Source: Candidatus Harrisonbacteria bacterium
GTDB lineage: Bacteria > Patescibacteriota > Minisyncoccia > UBA6257 > 1-14-0-10-40-38
Assembly (NCBI GenBank): GCA_023245035.1
Contig: JAHFLD010000002.1
Location: 67,297 to 131,296, forward strand
Reading direction: 5' to 3'
Length of the DNA stretch: 64,000 nucleotides
Shown: piece by piece, positions 29,765 through 39,709 of the stretch
Layout of the letters: every line of letters starts with the position of its first letter
Numbering within the stretch: position 1 is the first letter of the stretch
Translations under genes and position numbers: made by a program
The notes under the pieces: generated by a model
What the model saw: the letters and a program-made list of their open reading frames with translations, nothing else
What the model was told of the DNA's origin: nothing
Databases searched by the model: none

Positions 29765-30094
29765 ATGGCCACTAAAAAGGAAATTGAAAAGGAAAAACTT
29801 AGGCTTCGACTGCGCGCCTACGATCACAAGCTGATTGACACTTCTTGCCGGCAGATAATTGATACTGCCGAGCGGCAGGATGCCGAGGTAATCGGTCCGA
29901 TTCCATTGCCGACCGAGATGAAGAAGTACACGGTTAATCGTTCCACGTTTATTGACAAGGATTCCCGCGAGCAGTTTGAGTTGCGGATTCATAAGAGACT
30001 GATTGATATTTTGAATCCCAATCAGGCGATTATTGAATCGTTGTCACGGCTCAATCTTCCGGCGGGTGTGGACATCGAGATTAAGATGGTCTAG
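29765..30094 (+). CDS. rpsJ: 30S ribosomal protein S10 (NusE)
   Basis: [28 protein letters not shown]. Confidence 0.98.
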   Translation: MATKKEIEKEKLRLRLRAYDHKLIDTSCRQIIDTAERQDAEVIGPIPLPTEMKKYTVNRSTFIDKDSREQFELRIHKRLIDILNPNQAIIESLSRLNLPAGVDIEIKMV

Positions 30095-30112
30095 GATGGG
30101 TTCTTAGGTAAG

Positions 30113-30143
30113 AACCGCTAGGTTTTCTACCCTGGCGGTTTTT
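30113..30143 (+). terminator. Terminator-like hairpin between rpsJ and rplC
   Basis: AACCGCTAGG...CCTGGCGGTT + T tract. Confidence 0.55.
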
Positions 30144-30175
30144 ATTGCCACTGATTATTGCTTTAAGTAACATAT

Positions 30176-30595
30176 ATGAAAGTCCCAGGAATCAAACTGA
30201 AAATGACGCATTTCTTTAAGGGAAACGAGGCGTTCGGAGTTACTCCAGTACGCTTGGTTAAGGCTGATGATCTGGAATTTTTTAAGACCGGAGATCGGGT
30301 TATGGCGACCGGTGTGATGAAAGGGCGAGGTTTTGCCGGTGTTGTAAAGCGCCATGGCTTCCATGGCGGACCGGCGACTCACGGACAAAAGAATCGACAG
30401 CGGGCTCCGGGTTCGATCGGTAATACATCTCCACAGCGTGTTTTGCCGGGACGTAAGATGGCCGGACACATGGGCGCGGTTAACGTGACGACAAAAAATT
30501 TGTTAGTGGTGGATATTAAAACTGATACCAAAGTGGTTTTATTGTTGGGCGCCGTACCGGGAAACACCGGCGGCAAGGTGGCGCTCGGCAAATAA
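30176..30595 (+). CDS. rplC: 50S ribosomal protein L3 (short, internally deleted)
   Basis: KGRGFAGVVKRHGF, R.PGSIG, KMAGHMG, GAVPG; 139 aa. Confidence 0.95.
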   Translation: MKVPGIKLKMTHFFKGNEAFGVTPVRLVKADDLEFFKTGDRVMATGVMKGRGFAGVVKRHGFHGGPATHGQKNRQRAPGSIGNTSPQRVLPGRKMAGHMGAVNVTTKNLLVVDIKTDTKVVLLLGAVPGNTGGKVALGK

Positions 30596-30603
30596 TTTTT
30601 TAT

Positions 30604-31209
30604 ATGGACGTTAAAGTTTATAACACTAAGGATGAGGCGGTTGGCACAGTAAAGGTTTCCGAGGCTATTTTTGGGAGGCCTTGGAATCAGGAGCTGGTGT
30701 ATCAGGCGCTTAGGGTGCAGGAGGCCAATGGCCGAAAAAACGTGGCGCATGCCAAGGGTCGCGGAGAAGTTCGCGGAGGCGGAATCAAGCCTCGTCCGCA
30801 GAAACATTCCGGCCGTTCCCGCCAAGGATCAATCCGTTCGCCGATTTGGAAGGGAGGCGGCGCTTCTCATGGTCCGACAAAGGAGCGGAACTTTTCGCTA
30901 AAGATCAGCCGACCGATGCGCCGGGCCGCCATGCACGCGATTTTATCTCAAAAACTGCGAGAGGGAGAACTTAAAGTTATTGACTCGCTCGGTTTGAAGC
31001 AGGCCAAAACCAAAGAAGCAGCCTTGATGCTAACTCCATTCTCTCGCTCTCTTTTGCTTATCCCGGGAAGAGAGAATCGGTTAATAACCCGCGCCGCGCG
31101 AAACTTGCCGCGAGTGATGAGTCTGGCGCCAACTCATTTAAATGTCCGCGATTTGTTGAAACATAAGCAAATTTTAATAGAGCGCGAAGCGTTGGCCGAT
31201 ATTCACTAA
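30604..31209 (+). CDS. rplD: 50S ribosomal protein L4
   Basis: RGEVRGGG.KP..QK.SGR.RQGSIRSP.W.GGG..HGP. Confidence 0.98.
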   Translation: MDVKVYNTKDEAVGTVKVSEAIFGRPWNQELVYQALRVQEANGRKNVAHAKGRGEVRGGGIKPRPQKHSGRSRQGSIRSPIWKGGGASHGPTKERNFSLKISRPMRRAAMHAILSQKLREGELKVIDSLGLKQAKTKEAALMLTPFSRSLLLIPGRENRLITRAARNLPRVMSLAPTHLNVRDLLKHKQILIEREALADIH

Positions 31210-31213
31210 GCAT

Positions 31214-31492
31214 ATGAATAAATTCCTTATCCAGCGACCACTAATTACTGAAAAAGGGGCGGCGATGGCCGAGATGGGCAAGTACATTTTTTTGGTTGAC
31301 TCCAGAGCCAACGGTCCCGAAGTTCGCAAGGCGATTAAGGCCATCTACAAAGTTGACGTGGTGGCGACGAATGCCATCAATACCCCGTCAAAGAAGCGCC
31401 GTTTGGGGGCTACGGTCGGCGTGCGTCCGGGTTATAAAAAAATGATTGTTACGCTCAAGCCCGGGCAGAAGATAGAGGTGATGCCTGGTTAA
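31214..31492 (+). CDS. rplW: 50S ribosomal protein L23
   Basis: PLITEK, YKKMIVTL; synteny. Confidence 0.96.
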   Translation: MNKFLIQRPLITEKGAAMAEMGKYIFLVDSRANGPEVRKAIKAIYKVDVVATNAINTPSKKRRLGATVGVRPGYKKMIVTLKPGQKIEVMPG

Positions 31493-31518
31493 ATCTCGGT
31501 AACGAATAAATTTACACT

Positions 31519-32349
31519 ATGAAATCCTATCGTCCAACAACTCCATCGCGCAGACAGATGACCACGGTGTCTTATGATTCGCTGTCTCCGGTTCGCCGTC
31601 ATAAGGCCTTAACCATGCGACTTAAGACGCATTCCGGCCGGAATCATCGCGGCTCAATTACGGTGCGGCATCAAGGCGGGGGCAATAAAAAAATTTATCG
31701 GGTGGTTGATTTTATGCAGGATCGGTTGAATATTCCGGCCCGCGTGCTTTCGTTGGAATACGATCCTTATCGCAGCGCTTTTATCGCGTTAGTGGTTTAT
31801 GCCGACGGGCGGAAAAATTATATTTTGGCTCACCGCGAGATGAAGGTTGGCGATAAGGTTGTTACCAGCGAACAGGCGCCGCTTATCCCGGGAAACCGTC
31901 TGCCTTTGCACAAAATTCCAGTCAGTACTTTTATCCACAACGTGGAAATGCGCCGTGGAGGCGGAGGCAAGATAGCCCGCTCTGCCGGTTCTCAAGTTGA
32001 GATTTTGGCGCATGAAAATGGCAAGACCGACTTAAAACTGGGGTCAAAAGAAATCAGGAAGGTTTCGTCATTCGGTCTCGCGACCATTGGACAAGTTTCA
32101 AATTTTGATTATAATTTAGTCAACATCGGCAAAGCTGGCCGTTCACGCTGGCTTGGCATTAGACCGACGGTCCGCGGTAGCGCCATGAATCCGGTTGACC
32201 ATCCCTATGGCGGTGGTGAGGGAGCTCAACCTCGCGGAACCAAGAGACCGAAAACGATGTGGGGCAAGGTTACCGGCGGTCACAAGACTCGGCATAAAAA
32301 GAAGTGGTCGACGAAGTTTATTTTGCAACGCCGGCCCAAGGTGCGCTAA
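31519..32349 (+). CDS. rplB: 50S ribosomal protein L2
   Basis: EYDPYRSA, GKAGRSRW.GIRPTVRG.AMNPVDHP. Confidence 0.99.
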   Translation: MKSYRPTTPSRRQMTTVSYDSLSPVRRHKALTMRLKTHSGRNHRGSITVRHQGGGNKKIYRVVDFMQDRLNIPARVLSLEYDPYRSAFIALVVYADGRKNYILAHREMKVGDKVVTSEQAPLIPGNRLPLHKIPVSTFIHNVEMRRGGGGKIARSAGSQVEILAHENGKTDLKLGSKEIRKVSSFGLATIGQVSNFDYNLVNIGKAGRSRWLGIRPTVRGSAMNPVDHPYGGGEGAQPRGTKRPKTMWGKVTGGHKTRHKKKWSTKFILQRRPKVR

Positions 32350-32361
32350 TTTTTTCATCCT

Positions 32362-32688
32362 ATGTCACGGAGCTTAAAAAAGGGTCCTTATGTTGATCCT
32401 AAACTTTTGAAGAAAGTCAGCAAGCTTAAAACCGGCGACCGCACGGTTATTAAGACTTGGTCGCGCGATTCGGAGATTTCTCCCGAAATGGTGGGTTTTA
32501 CTTTCGGCGTTCATAACGGCAAGATTTTTGTGGAAGTGACAATTAAAGAAGAAATGGTCGGGCACCGGCTTGGCGAATTTTCTTTGACCAGAAAATTTGT
32601 GAAACATGGCGGTAAGATGCAACGCGATCTTGAAGCCGCGGCCAAGCAAACTACGGCTCCGGCTCCGGCGCCCGCGGCTAAGAAGTAA
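32362..32688 (+). CDS. rpsS: 30S ribosomal protein S19
   Basis: [26 protein letters not shown]. Confidence 0.99.
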   Translation: MSRSLKKGPYVDPKLLKKVSKLKTGDRTVIKTWSRDSEISPEMVGFTFGVHNGKIFVEVTIKEEMVGHRLGEFSLTRKFVKHGGKMQRDLEAAAKQTTAPAPAPAAKK

Positions 32689-32695
32689 TTCTTTT

Positions 32696-33220
32696 ATGGC
32701 TACTCCGATTTATACCGCAAAACTTCGCTATTTACACATTGCTCCGCGCAAGGTTCGGCTTATTGCCAACACGCTTCGCGGGCTTTCCACGCAGGAGGCG
32801 GAGGCGCAGTTGATGACGCGCCCCCAGCGTTCCGCGATGCCACTCAGAAAGTTAATAAAATCGGCGATGGCAAATGCTATGGCGAACAATACCGGAGCAA
32901 AGGCTACCTGGATTATTCAGGAAATTCGCGTTGATCAGGGTCCGGTTTTGGAACGATTTTTGCCGAGAGCTCAAGGGCGAGCGACGCCGTTGCAAAAAAA
33001 GATGAGCCACGTTACCGTTATGCTTCGCGAAGGGAAGACTCGCTTGGATCGCTTTGTTATCGCGCCCCGCGAGATTAAGAAAAAACCGACAGCTGACGAA
33101 AAGAAGACCGCTCGGGCGGCTCGTGGCCAGCAGTCATCGACTGATGAGGCCGCGGCGCTGAAAGCTAAAACTTCCGATAAGGGGTTTTTGCGAAAGGTCT
33201 TTACCCGCAAGAGCGTCTAA
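32696..33220 (+). CDS. rplV: 50S ribosomal protein L22 with C-terminal extension
   Basis: APRKVRL, SAMANA, PRAQGRA, SHVTV. Confidence 0.96.
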   Translation: MATPIYTAKLRYLHIAPRKVRLIANTLRGLSTQEAEAQLMTRPQRSAMPLRKLIKSAMANAMANNTGAKATWIIQEIRVDQGPVLERFLPRAQGRATPLQKKMSHVTVMLREGKTRLDRFVIAPREIKKKPTADEKKTARAARGQQSSTDEAAALKAKTSDKGFLRKVFTRKSV

Positions 33221-33238
33221 TTCGCCAAATCATCGCTT

Positions 33239-33940
33239 ATGGGACAAAAAATTAATCCATATTCTTTCCGACTAGGTATTACCAAGAACTGGAATTCTCG
33301 GTGGTTTCCGTTGCGAAAAAATTTTAAAAATCAGTTGGAGGAAGATCTTTTGATTCGTCGGGTTATTGAGGAAAAAATTTCTCCGGCTGGCATTGTTAAT
33401 GTTGAAATCGAACGCGGTATTAATAATGTCTACCGGGTTTTTATAAAAGCGGCAAAACCAGGTTTGATTATTGGTCGCGGTGGCAAGGGCATAGAGGATC
33501 TTTCTCGGGCGATTGAGCAGGAAATGGGCGAGTTGTTGCGCAAGCGCGGCGTGGCCAAGCCTTCGGTAGCTTTGAGTTTGAACGTTGAAGAACTTAAACG
33601 TTCCGAAATTGCCGCTCGATACGTGGCTCAATCGATGGCCTGGGATTTAGAACGACGTTTGCCATCGCGCCGGGCGATAAAGAAGGCCATTGAGAGCGCC
33701 ATGCAAAATCGAGACGTGCAGGGAATTAAGATTAAGCTTTCCGGACGCGTTGACGGGGCCGAGATAGCTCGGAGGGAGTGGCTGGCGAAGGGGAAGTTGC
33801 CCCTGCAGACGCTTCGCGCCAATATTGATTATGGAACCGCTACGGCTTTTACCACTTTTGGCACGGTCGGAGTCAAGGTCTGGGTTTATAAGGGCGATAT
33901 TTTTGAAAAGGAGGCGGTCGCTCAAACCAAGAGACGTTAA
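33239..33940 (+). CDS. rpsC: 30S ribosomal protein S3
   Basis: GQKINP, PGLIIGRGG, PLQTLRANIDY. Confidence 0.99.
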   Translation: MGQKINPYSFRLGITKNWNSRWFPLRKNFKNQLEEDLLIRRVIEEKISPAGIVNVEIERGINNVYRVFIKAAKPGLIIGRGGKGIEDLSRAIEQEMGELLRKRGVAKPSVALSLNVEELKRSEIAARYVAQSMAWDLERRLPSRRAIKKAIESAMQNRDVQGIKIKLSGRVDGAEIARREWLAKGKLPLQTLRANIDYGTATAFTTFGTVGVKVWVYKGDIFEKEAVAQTKRR

Positions 33941-33955
33941 TTTTAAAACAGATTT

Positions 33956-34366
33956 ATGCTTGTTCCAAAAAAGGTCAAACATCGCAAGTGGCACAAGGGC
34001 CGTTCGCGCAACCGCACGATTGAGACTCGAGGCACTTATTTGAGTTACGGCAGTTTTGGACTTAAGGCGCAGAGCAGCGCCTGGGTGAATTCGCGTCAAA
34101 TTGAATCGGCGCGGCGAACGATAAATAATTTTATCAAACGAGAGGGCAAGCTTTGGATTCGGATTTTTCCGGACAAGCCGGTTACCAAAAAACCGCCGGA
34201 AGTTACCATGGGAGGCGGCAAAGGCGCCGTGGATCATTATGTTTTTCCGGTTCGCTCGGGAAGGATTCTATTTGAAATGGATGGCGTGACTCCGGAAATT
34301 GCCAAGGAGGCGCTTCGCTTGGCCGGACATAAGTTGCCGGTTAGAACGAGAGTGGTAACTAAATAG
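33956..34366 (+). CDS. rplP: 50S ribosomal protein L16
   Basis: [20 protein letters not shown]. Confidence 0.99.
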   Translation: MLVPKKVKHRKWHKGRSRNRTIETRGTYLSYGSFGLKAQSSAWVNSRQIESARRTINNFIKREGKLWIRIFPDKPVTKKPPEVTMGGGKGAVDHYVFPVRSGRILFEMDGVTPEIAKEALRLAGHKLPVRTRVVTK

Positions 34367-34368
34367 TT

Positions 34369-34554
34369 ATGAAAAAAAACGATTATCAAACATTGGCCCA
34401 GAAGCCGAAGGCTGAGCTCGCAACGATGCTTCAGGCTCATCGGGATAAGCTATGGCAACTTAAAGCCGATCTGGTTTCGGGCAAGGTTAAAAACGTGCGC
34501 GAAATTGTCTTGATAAAAAAGTCGATTGCGCGTATATTAACTGCTCTTGCTTAA
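34369..34554 (+). CDS. rpmC: 50S ribosomal protein L29
   Basis: KKSIARILT; synteny. Confidence 0.9.
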   Translation: MKKNDYQTLAQKPKAELATMLQAHRDKLWQLKADLVSGKVKNVREIVLIKKSIARILTALA

Positions 34555-34555
34555 T

Positions 34556-34801
34556 ATGACGGAAACCAGACGAAGAACATTGCGGGGCGTGGTTGTCTCG
34601 CACAAAATGATGAAGACGGCCGTGGTGGCGGTGGTCTACCAAAAGCGACACCCTCGCTATTTAAAGGATTACACCGTTACCCGACGGCTTAAGGCGCATA
34701 ATCCGGATGATAAGTTTAAGACCGGAGATAGCGTGTTAATGGAAGAGACGCGTCCGTTGTCGCGGGACAAGCATTGGAGAATTGTGGCCAAGGTTGCCTA
34801 A
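34556..34801 (+). CDS. rpsQ: 30S ribosomal protein S17
   Basis: GVVVS.KM.KT, HPRY, ETRPLS..K.W. Confidence 0.97.
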   Translation: MTETRRRTLRGVVVSHKMMKTAVVAVVYQKRHPRYLKDYTVTRRLKAHNPDDKFKTGDSVLMEETRPLSRDKHWRIVAKVA

Positions 34802-34807
34802 TTTTTT

Positions 34808-35176
34808 ATGATTCAAGAACGATCCATTTTAAAAGTTGCCGATAACAGCGGTGCCCGTTTGGTCCGTTGTTTTCGGGTTTTGGGCGGCAGCCGCAAGCGT
34901 TACGCGCACATTGGCGATTTGATTATTGCTTCAGTCCAGACCGCGGAACCGCGCAAGGCCATTAAGAAGAAAGACGTAGTGACGGCACTTGTGGTGCGCA
35001 CTCGCAAGCCGTTGCGACGTTCCGATGGCACTCAACTTCGTTTTGACGACAACGCCGTGGTGTTGCTGGATGAAAAACGCGAACCGCGCTCGACTCGCGT
35101 GTTCGGCCCAATTCCCCGCGAGATTAAGGAGTATGGATTTGAGACGGTCGCGACGCTTGCCGAAGAAATAATGTAA
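34808..35176 (+). CDS. rplN: 50S ribosomal protein L14
   Basis: VADNSGA, FDDNAVV, RVFGP. Confidence 0.99.
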   Translation: MIQERSILKVADNSGARLVRCFRVLGGSRKRYAHIGDLIIASVQTAEPRKAIKKKDVVTALVVRTRKPLRRSDGTQLRFDDNAVVLLDEKREPRSTRVFGPIPREIKEYGFETVATLAEEIM

Positions 35177-35186
35177 TTTTTTTACT

Positions 35187-35498
35187 ATGCATATTCGCAA
35201 AAATGATACGGTAAAAATTCTTTCGGGGGATGAGAGAGGTAAGACCGGCAAGGTTTTGTCGGTCAATCCAGAGATGGCAACGGCAACGGTGCAAGGACTA
35301 AATGTCATCAAAAAAACCCGGCGGTCGAAAAAGGAAGGCGAGAAGGGCGAGGTAGTTCAACTTACCAGACCAGTTTCGGCTTCGCGTCTGATGGTGGTCT
35401 GTTCCGCCTGCGGCCAGGCTAGTCGTACCGGCATGCGCATTGACGAAAAAAGCAAAACCAAAGTAAGATACTGCAAACAATGCAACGCATCACTGTAG
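35187..35498 (+). CDS. rplX: 50S ribosomal protein L24
   Basis: DTV..LSG.ERGK.GKV KOW motif; two CxxC. Confidence 0.96.
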   Translation: MHIRKNDTVKILSGDERGKTGKVLSVNPEMATATVQGLNVIKKTRRSKKEGEKGEVVQLTRPVSASRLMVVCSACGQASRTGMRIDEKSKTKVRYCKQCNASL

Positions 35499-35977
35499 AC
35501 AAACGCATCGCCAAAGTCGTGGTTAACGCCGGCATTGGTCGGCTTTCCCAACAGCAATCTTTTGAAGAAAAAGTTCTTCCGGAGATTGTTCGCGACTTTG
35601 CGGCCATAACCGGACAGCATCCCGCAACCCGCGCCGCGCGCCGTTCAATCGCGGGTTTTAAGATGCGCCAGGGGACCGTGGTGGGTTTGATGGCCACCTT
35701 GCGTGGTCGGAGAATGATGTCGTTTATCGCTAAAATAAACGGTATTGTCTTTCCGCGGGTTCGCGATTTTAGAGGAATCGGGCTGTCGGCGGTTGATAGC
35801 GACGGCAATTTGAATGTTGGTGTTAAGGATCATTTAGTTTTTCCCGAACTTAACGCCGAACTTTCCCGCGTTCCGTTCGGTTTGCAAATAACGGTGGTGC
35901 CGCGCGAGCGAATGATGGATCGAGCTCACGCAATAGCTTTCTATAAAGAGCTTGGTTTTCCGATCGCAAAACATTAA
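35480..35977 (+). CDS. rplE: 50S ribosomal protein L5 (N-terminally short)
   Basis: [29 protein letters not shown]. Confidence 0.96.
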   Translation: MQRITVDKRIAKVVVNAGIGRLSQQQSFEEKVLPEIVRDFAAITGQHPATRAARRSIAGFKMRQGTVVGLMATLRGRRMMSFIAKINGIVFPRVRDFRGIGLSAVDSDGNLNVGVKDHLVFPELNAELSRVPFGLQITVVPRERMMDRAHAIAFYKELGFPIAKH

Positions 35978-35985
35978 AAAAGATT

Positions 35986-36171
35986 ATGGCTAAAACATCC
36001 GTTATCGCGCGATCGCAGAAAAAACCAAAATTTTCCAGCCGAATTGTCCGGCGTTGTTTTCGTTGCGGCCGGAAGCGGGCTTATTTGCGCGATTTCGGAC
36101 TTTGCCGTATTTGCTTCCGTGAATTGGCGACCTTGGGGCAAATTCCGGGAATCAAAAAGTCTTCCTGGTAA
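35986..36171 (+). CDS. rpsZ: 30S ribosomal protein S14, zinc-binding type
   Basis: RCFRCGR...LCRICFRE, 61 aa. Confidence 0.97.
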   Translation: MAKTSVIARSQKKPKFSSRIVRRCFRCGRKRAYLRDFGLCRICFRELATLGQIPGIKKSSW

Positions 36172-36183
36172 TTTAAAATCAGC

Positions 36184-36564
36184 ATGTATATAGACACTCT
36201 AATCAGAATCAAAAATGCCCAGCAGGCCCGAAAGCGTTCGGTCAAATTTCCATTTGCCAAGATGGACATGGCCATCCTTGAAGTTTTGGCCTCAAAAGGA
36301 TATATTGACGAGGTTCAAAAACATGGCCGTTTGCCAAAACGGGTGCTTGAGGTGCGTCTGGCCTATCCCGAGGGCAAGGGCGCTATCACCGGATTGCGCT
36401 TTGTTAGCAAGCCTTCAAGACGTCTCTACGCCGGTTATCGCGAGATGCGCAAGGTTAAAAATGGTTATGGACTCGCGGTACTGACCACGCCCAAGGGTAT
36501 TTTGACCGGGCCCGAAGCGCGCGCGAAAAAGGTTGGCGGGCAGGTGCTTTTTGAAATCTGGTAG
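36184..36564 (+). CDS. rpsH: 30S ribosomal protein S8
   Basis: IRIKNA, SKPSRRLY, GGQVL..W. Confidence 0.97.
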   Translation: MYIDTLIRIKNAQQARKRSVKFPFAKMDMAILEVLASKGYIDEVQKHGRLPKRVLEVRLAYPEGKGAITGLRFVSKPSRRLYAGYREMRKVKNGYGLAVLTTPKGILTGPEARAKKVGGQVLFEIW

Positions 36565-36578
36565 AAATATTTTCTTTT

Positions 36579-37124
36579 ATGAGTCGTCTGGCAAAAAAAC
36601 CAATTTCTGTTCCGGAAGGAGTAACCGTCAAGCTAAATGACGGGATTTTTTCCTGCACGGGAAAAAACGGAACGCTTAATGTTCCGGTTTTGCCTTTTTT
36701 GGAAGTTGTCATTGATTCAACGGGAATTTTGATAAAATCCGAAGCGACCAACTCTCAAGCGCGAGCCAATTGGGGCACAATGGCTTCTTTGATTCGTAAC
36801 GCGGTGCAAGGAGTCGTTACCGGTTACGCCAAGGATCTGGAAATTCAGGGTGTTGGTTTTAAGGCGAATCTTGAAGGCAACGCTTTGGTTCTGAACGTTG
36901 GTTTTACGCATCCGATTAAATTTCCCATTCCCGTCGGAATCAAAATTGCCGTGGAAAAAAACGTGATTAAGATTTCCGGCAGTGACAAGGCGCTGGTGGG
37001 TGAGACTGCCGCTATCATCCGACGGTTTAAAAAGCCGGAGCCTTATAAGGGAAAGGGTATCCGCTACGCCGGTGAGGTGGTTCGCCGCAAAGCTGGTAAG
37101 AAGGTTGCCGGTACGACTGCTTAA
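36579..37124 (+). CDS. rplF: 50S ribosomal protein L6
   Basis: PEPYKGKGIRY, RRKAGK. Confidence 0.98.
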   Translation: MSRLAKKPISVPEGVTVKLNDGIFSCTGKNGTLNVPVLPFLEVVIDSTGILIKSEATNSQARANWGTMASLIRNAVQGVVTGYAKDLEIQGVGFKANLEGNALVLNVGFTHPIKFPIPVGIKIAVEKNVIKISGSDKALVGETAAIIRRFKKPEPYKGKGIRYAGEVVRRKAGKKVAGTTA

Positions 37125-37130
37125 AATTCT

Positions 37131-37484
37131 ATGTCTTCACTTACAGTACAGCGAGCAATTAGAATGCGAAGGGTGCAACGAACCCGGGCTACCACAAATG
37201 GCACCGCGCTTCGTCCGCGTATTTCTTTATTTAAGAGTAATAAGTTCGTCTACGCTCAATTGATTGACGATGAAGCTCAGCGAACTCTTTTTTCGGCTTC
37301 AACGAGGGATATAAAAGAAAAGATGAACCGAACCCAGCAGTCGGCCCGTTTGGGCGAATTAGTGGCTTTAGGCGCCAAGAAGGCCGGAATCAGCTCGGCG
37401 GTTTTGCATCGCGGGCAATATAAATATCACGGGCATCTGAAGGCTTTCGCGGAGGCCGCTCGGGCGGGAGGTTTAGCTATTTAG
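37131..37484 (+). CDS. rplR: 50S ribosomal protein L18
   Basis: RPR...FKSN...YAQLIDD, YKYHG, AR.GGL. Confidence 0.97.
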   Translation: MSSLTVQRAIRMRRVQRTRATTNGTALRPRISLFKSNKFVYAQLIDDEAQRTLFSASTRDIKEKMNRTQQSARLGELVALGAKKAGISSAVLHRGQYKYHGHLKAFAEAARAGGLAI

Positions 37485-37500
37485 CGCTTTTACTTTTTTT

Positions 37501-37989
37501 ATGTACAAACAGCCAATTATCAAAGACGAGTTTAAGGAAAAAGTTTTAGACTTGCGACGGGTTACCCGGGTGACTGCCGGAGGCAAGCGCTTTCGTTTTC
37601 GCGCGACCGTGGTGGTCGGCGATGAGCGCGGACGGGTTGGCGTCGGGGTAGCCAAGGGATTAGACGTGGCGCAGTCAATTGCCAAGGCTCGGCTTGATGG
37701 CAAGAAAAATTTAATTATGGTGCCTTCGGTCGGCGGTACGATTCCTCATGACGTGGAGGCAAAATATAGCGCCGCGCGGGTGCGTTTGCGTCCGGCGAAA
37801 CCAGGGCATGGACTCGTGGCTGGCGGATCGGTTCGGGCGGTGCTGGCTTTGGCGGGAATTCGCAATATCACTTCTAAATGTCTCGGCCGAACTCCTAATA
37901 AGCTGACCAACGCCAAGGCGACCATCGAAGCTTTGAAATTACTAAAGCCAGTTCGCAAGCCGATCTCTCCCAGTCTTCCCAGGAAGTAA
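37501..37989 (+). CDS. rpsE: 30S ribosomal protein S5
   Basis: RVTRVTAGGKRFRF, VVVGD..G.VG. Confidence 0.98.
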   Translation: MYKQPIIKDEFKEKVLDLRRVTRVTAGGKRFRFRATVVVGDERGRVGVGVAKGLDVAQSIAKARLDGKKNLIMVPSVGGTIPHDVEAKYSAARVRLRPAKPGHGLVAGGSVRAVLALAGIRNITSKCLGRTPNKLTNAKATIEALKLLKPVRKPISPSLPRK

Positions 37990-38000
37990 TTTTATTGACT

Positions 38001-38429
38001 ATGCAGTTACACAACATTTCATCCAAAAATAGAAAATATCCGGCTCCGCGAGTCGGCCATGGAGGCAAGCGCGGAACTTATTCCGGTCGGGGACAGAAGG
38101 GTCAACGTTCCCGGAGCGGACACAAGATTCGTCCGGCCGAGCGTGATTTGATTCAACGCTTGCCAAAGTTGCGCGGTTTTAGAAATAAGCCGCTTGGCGA
38201 CCCTCTTTGCCTGGTAAACCTTGATGAGCTTGAGGTTATCATGAAGGGACGCGGAGAAATAGCTACGCCGGAAATTGTGCGCCGAGCCAAGGGCTTTGCC
38301 GCTAAGTCCGGAGTTAAGGTGAAAATTCTGGCCACAGGAGCGCTCCACGCGCCGATTGTAGTTCGTGGTTTTGAAGTTTCCGCTTCCGCCGCTAAAAAAA
38401 TCGTGGCTGCCGGTGGAAAAGTCGCCTAG
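38001..38429 (+). CDS. rplO: 50S ribosomal protein L15
   Basis: GRGQKGQRSRSG, RLPKLRGF, I.AAGG. Confidence 0.96.
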   Translation: MQLHNISSKNRKYPAPRVGHGGKRGTYSGRGQKGQRSRSGHKIRPAERDLIQRLPKLRGFRNKPLGDPLCLVNLDELEVIMKGRGEIATPEIVRRAKGFAAKSGVKVKILATGALHAPIVVRGFEVSASAAKKIVAAGGKVA

Positions 38430-38440
38430 TCTATAAACAT

Positions 38441-39709
38441 ATGTCGCGCTTTTTGCAGATTTTTAAGATTCCCGATCTGCGCAATAAGGTTTTTATTGTG
38501 CTCTCGCTTTTGATTGTCTTTCGTTTGTTGTCGGCGATTCCAATTCCGGGAATTGATCCAATTCGGCTGAAGAACTTTTTTGAATCCAGCCAGCTTTTTG
38601 GCTTGTTCAGCGTTTTTTCCGGCGGTTCTTTGAGCAATCTTTCGGTGGTGATGCTGGGTGTCGGTCCCTACATTACGGCGACCATCATCATGCAGCTGTT
38701 GACGATGATTTTTCCGGCGCTTAAGGTTTTGTATCACGAGGAGGGAAGTTTGGGACGAGCCAAATTCAATCGATATTCCCGTTATTTGACGGTGCCGCTC
38801 GCGGCTCTTTCGGGTTATGGCTTTTTGAACTTGCTGATTAATCAAGGGGCACTTCCGGAATTGGCCTTGTTGCCCATGCTCCGAAACGTGATTTTGATTA
38901 CTGCCGGGTCAATGGTTTTGATGTGGATCGGCGAGCTGATTACCGAGCAGAAGCTTGGCAATGGAACTTCGCTGATTATTTTTGCCGGTATTGTAAGCCG
39001 GTTGCCGACCATCGTGCGGACGGCCGTTTTTTCTTATGATCCGGCGACCTTGCCGACCTATATCGCCTTTGTGCTGTTAAGCGTGGTCATTATCGGCGGG
39101 GTGGTTTTTGTGAATCAAGGCGAGCGCAAGGTGCCGATTTCTTACTCCAAACGAATTCGGGGTAACCGGGTTTATGGCGGAGCCGTGAGCTACTTGCCGC
39201 TTCGCGTCAATCAGGCCGGTGTCATTCCAATTATTTTTGCGATTTCCATCTTGTTGTTTCCGCAATTTTTTGCGCAAATAATCTCCATCTTCTCAACTTC
39301 GGTTTCGTTGAAGCTAACTGAACTAGTGACGCGCTTTTTGAGCCATCAAATTATTTACGCGATTATTTATTTCGCTTTAGTCGTAATTTTTACCTACTTT
39401 TATACTGCGGTCACTTTTGATTCCAAAGAAATTTCCAAAAATCTGCAACGAAGCGGGGGCTTTATTCCCGGTATTCGTCCCGGAGAGTCCACGGGAGACT
39501 TCTTGGCGGGAATTACCCGGAGTATTACCTTGTTTGGCGCCTTGTTTTTGGGTGTTGTAGCCGTATTGCCAAACATTACTCAAATCGTTACCGGTATTCC
39601 GTCGCTGACCATTGGAGGTACCGCGCTTTTAATTGTGGTTTCGGTGGCGCTTGAAGTTATGAAACAAGTTGATTCGCAGTTGACGGTTCGTGAATACGAA
39701 GGGGCTTAA
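38441..39709 (+). CDS. secY: Preprotein translocase SecY
   Basis: LGVGPYITA, GNGTSLIIF, AGVIPIIFA, FIPGIRPG, GGTALLIVV. Confidence 0.99.
   Translation: MSRFLQIFKIPDLRNKVFIVLSLLIVFRLLSAIPIPGIDPIRLKNFFESSQLFGLFSVFSGGSLSNLSVVMLGVGPYITATIIMQLLTMIFPALKVLYHEEGSLGRAKFNRYSRYLTVPLAALSGYGFLNLLINQGALPELALLPMLRNVILITAGSMVLMWIGELITEQKLGNGTSLIIFAGIVSRLPTIVRTAVFSYDPATLPTYIAFVLLSVVIIGGVVFVNQGERKVPISYSKRIRGNRVYGGAVSYLPLRVNQAGVIPIIFAISILLFPQFFAQIISIFSTSVSLKLTELVTRFLSHQIIYAIIYFALVVIFTYFYTAVTFDSKEISKNLQRSGGFIPGIRPGESTGDFLAGITRSITLFGALFLGVVAVLPNITQIVTGIPSLTIGGTALLIVVSVALEVMKQVDSQLTVREYEGA

Noticed and set aside
33222-33230. Single-spacer matches in the window (TCGCCAAAT 33222, TTTTGCGAG 927, GGAATCGGT 42171, GTGAGAGGCG 28424)
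   Set aside because: The partner half does not match, and several 9-10-mer hits are expected by chance in 64 kb.
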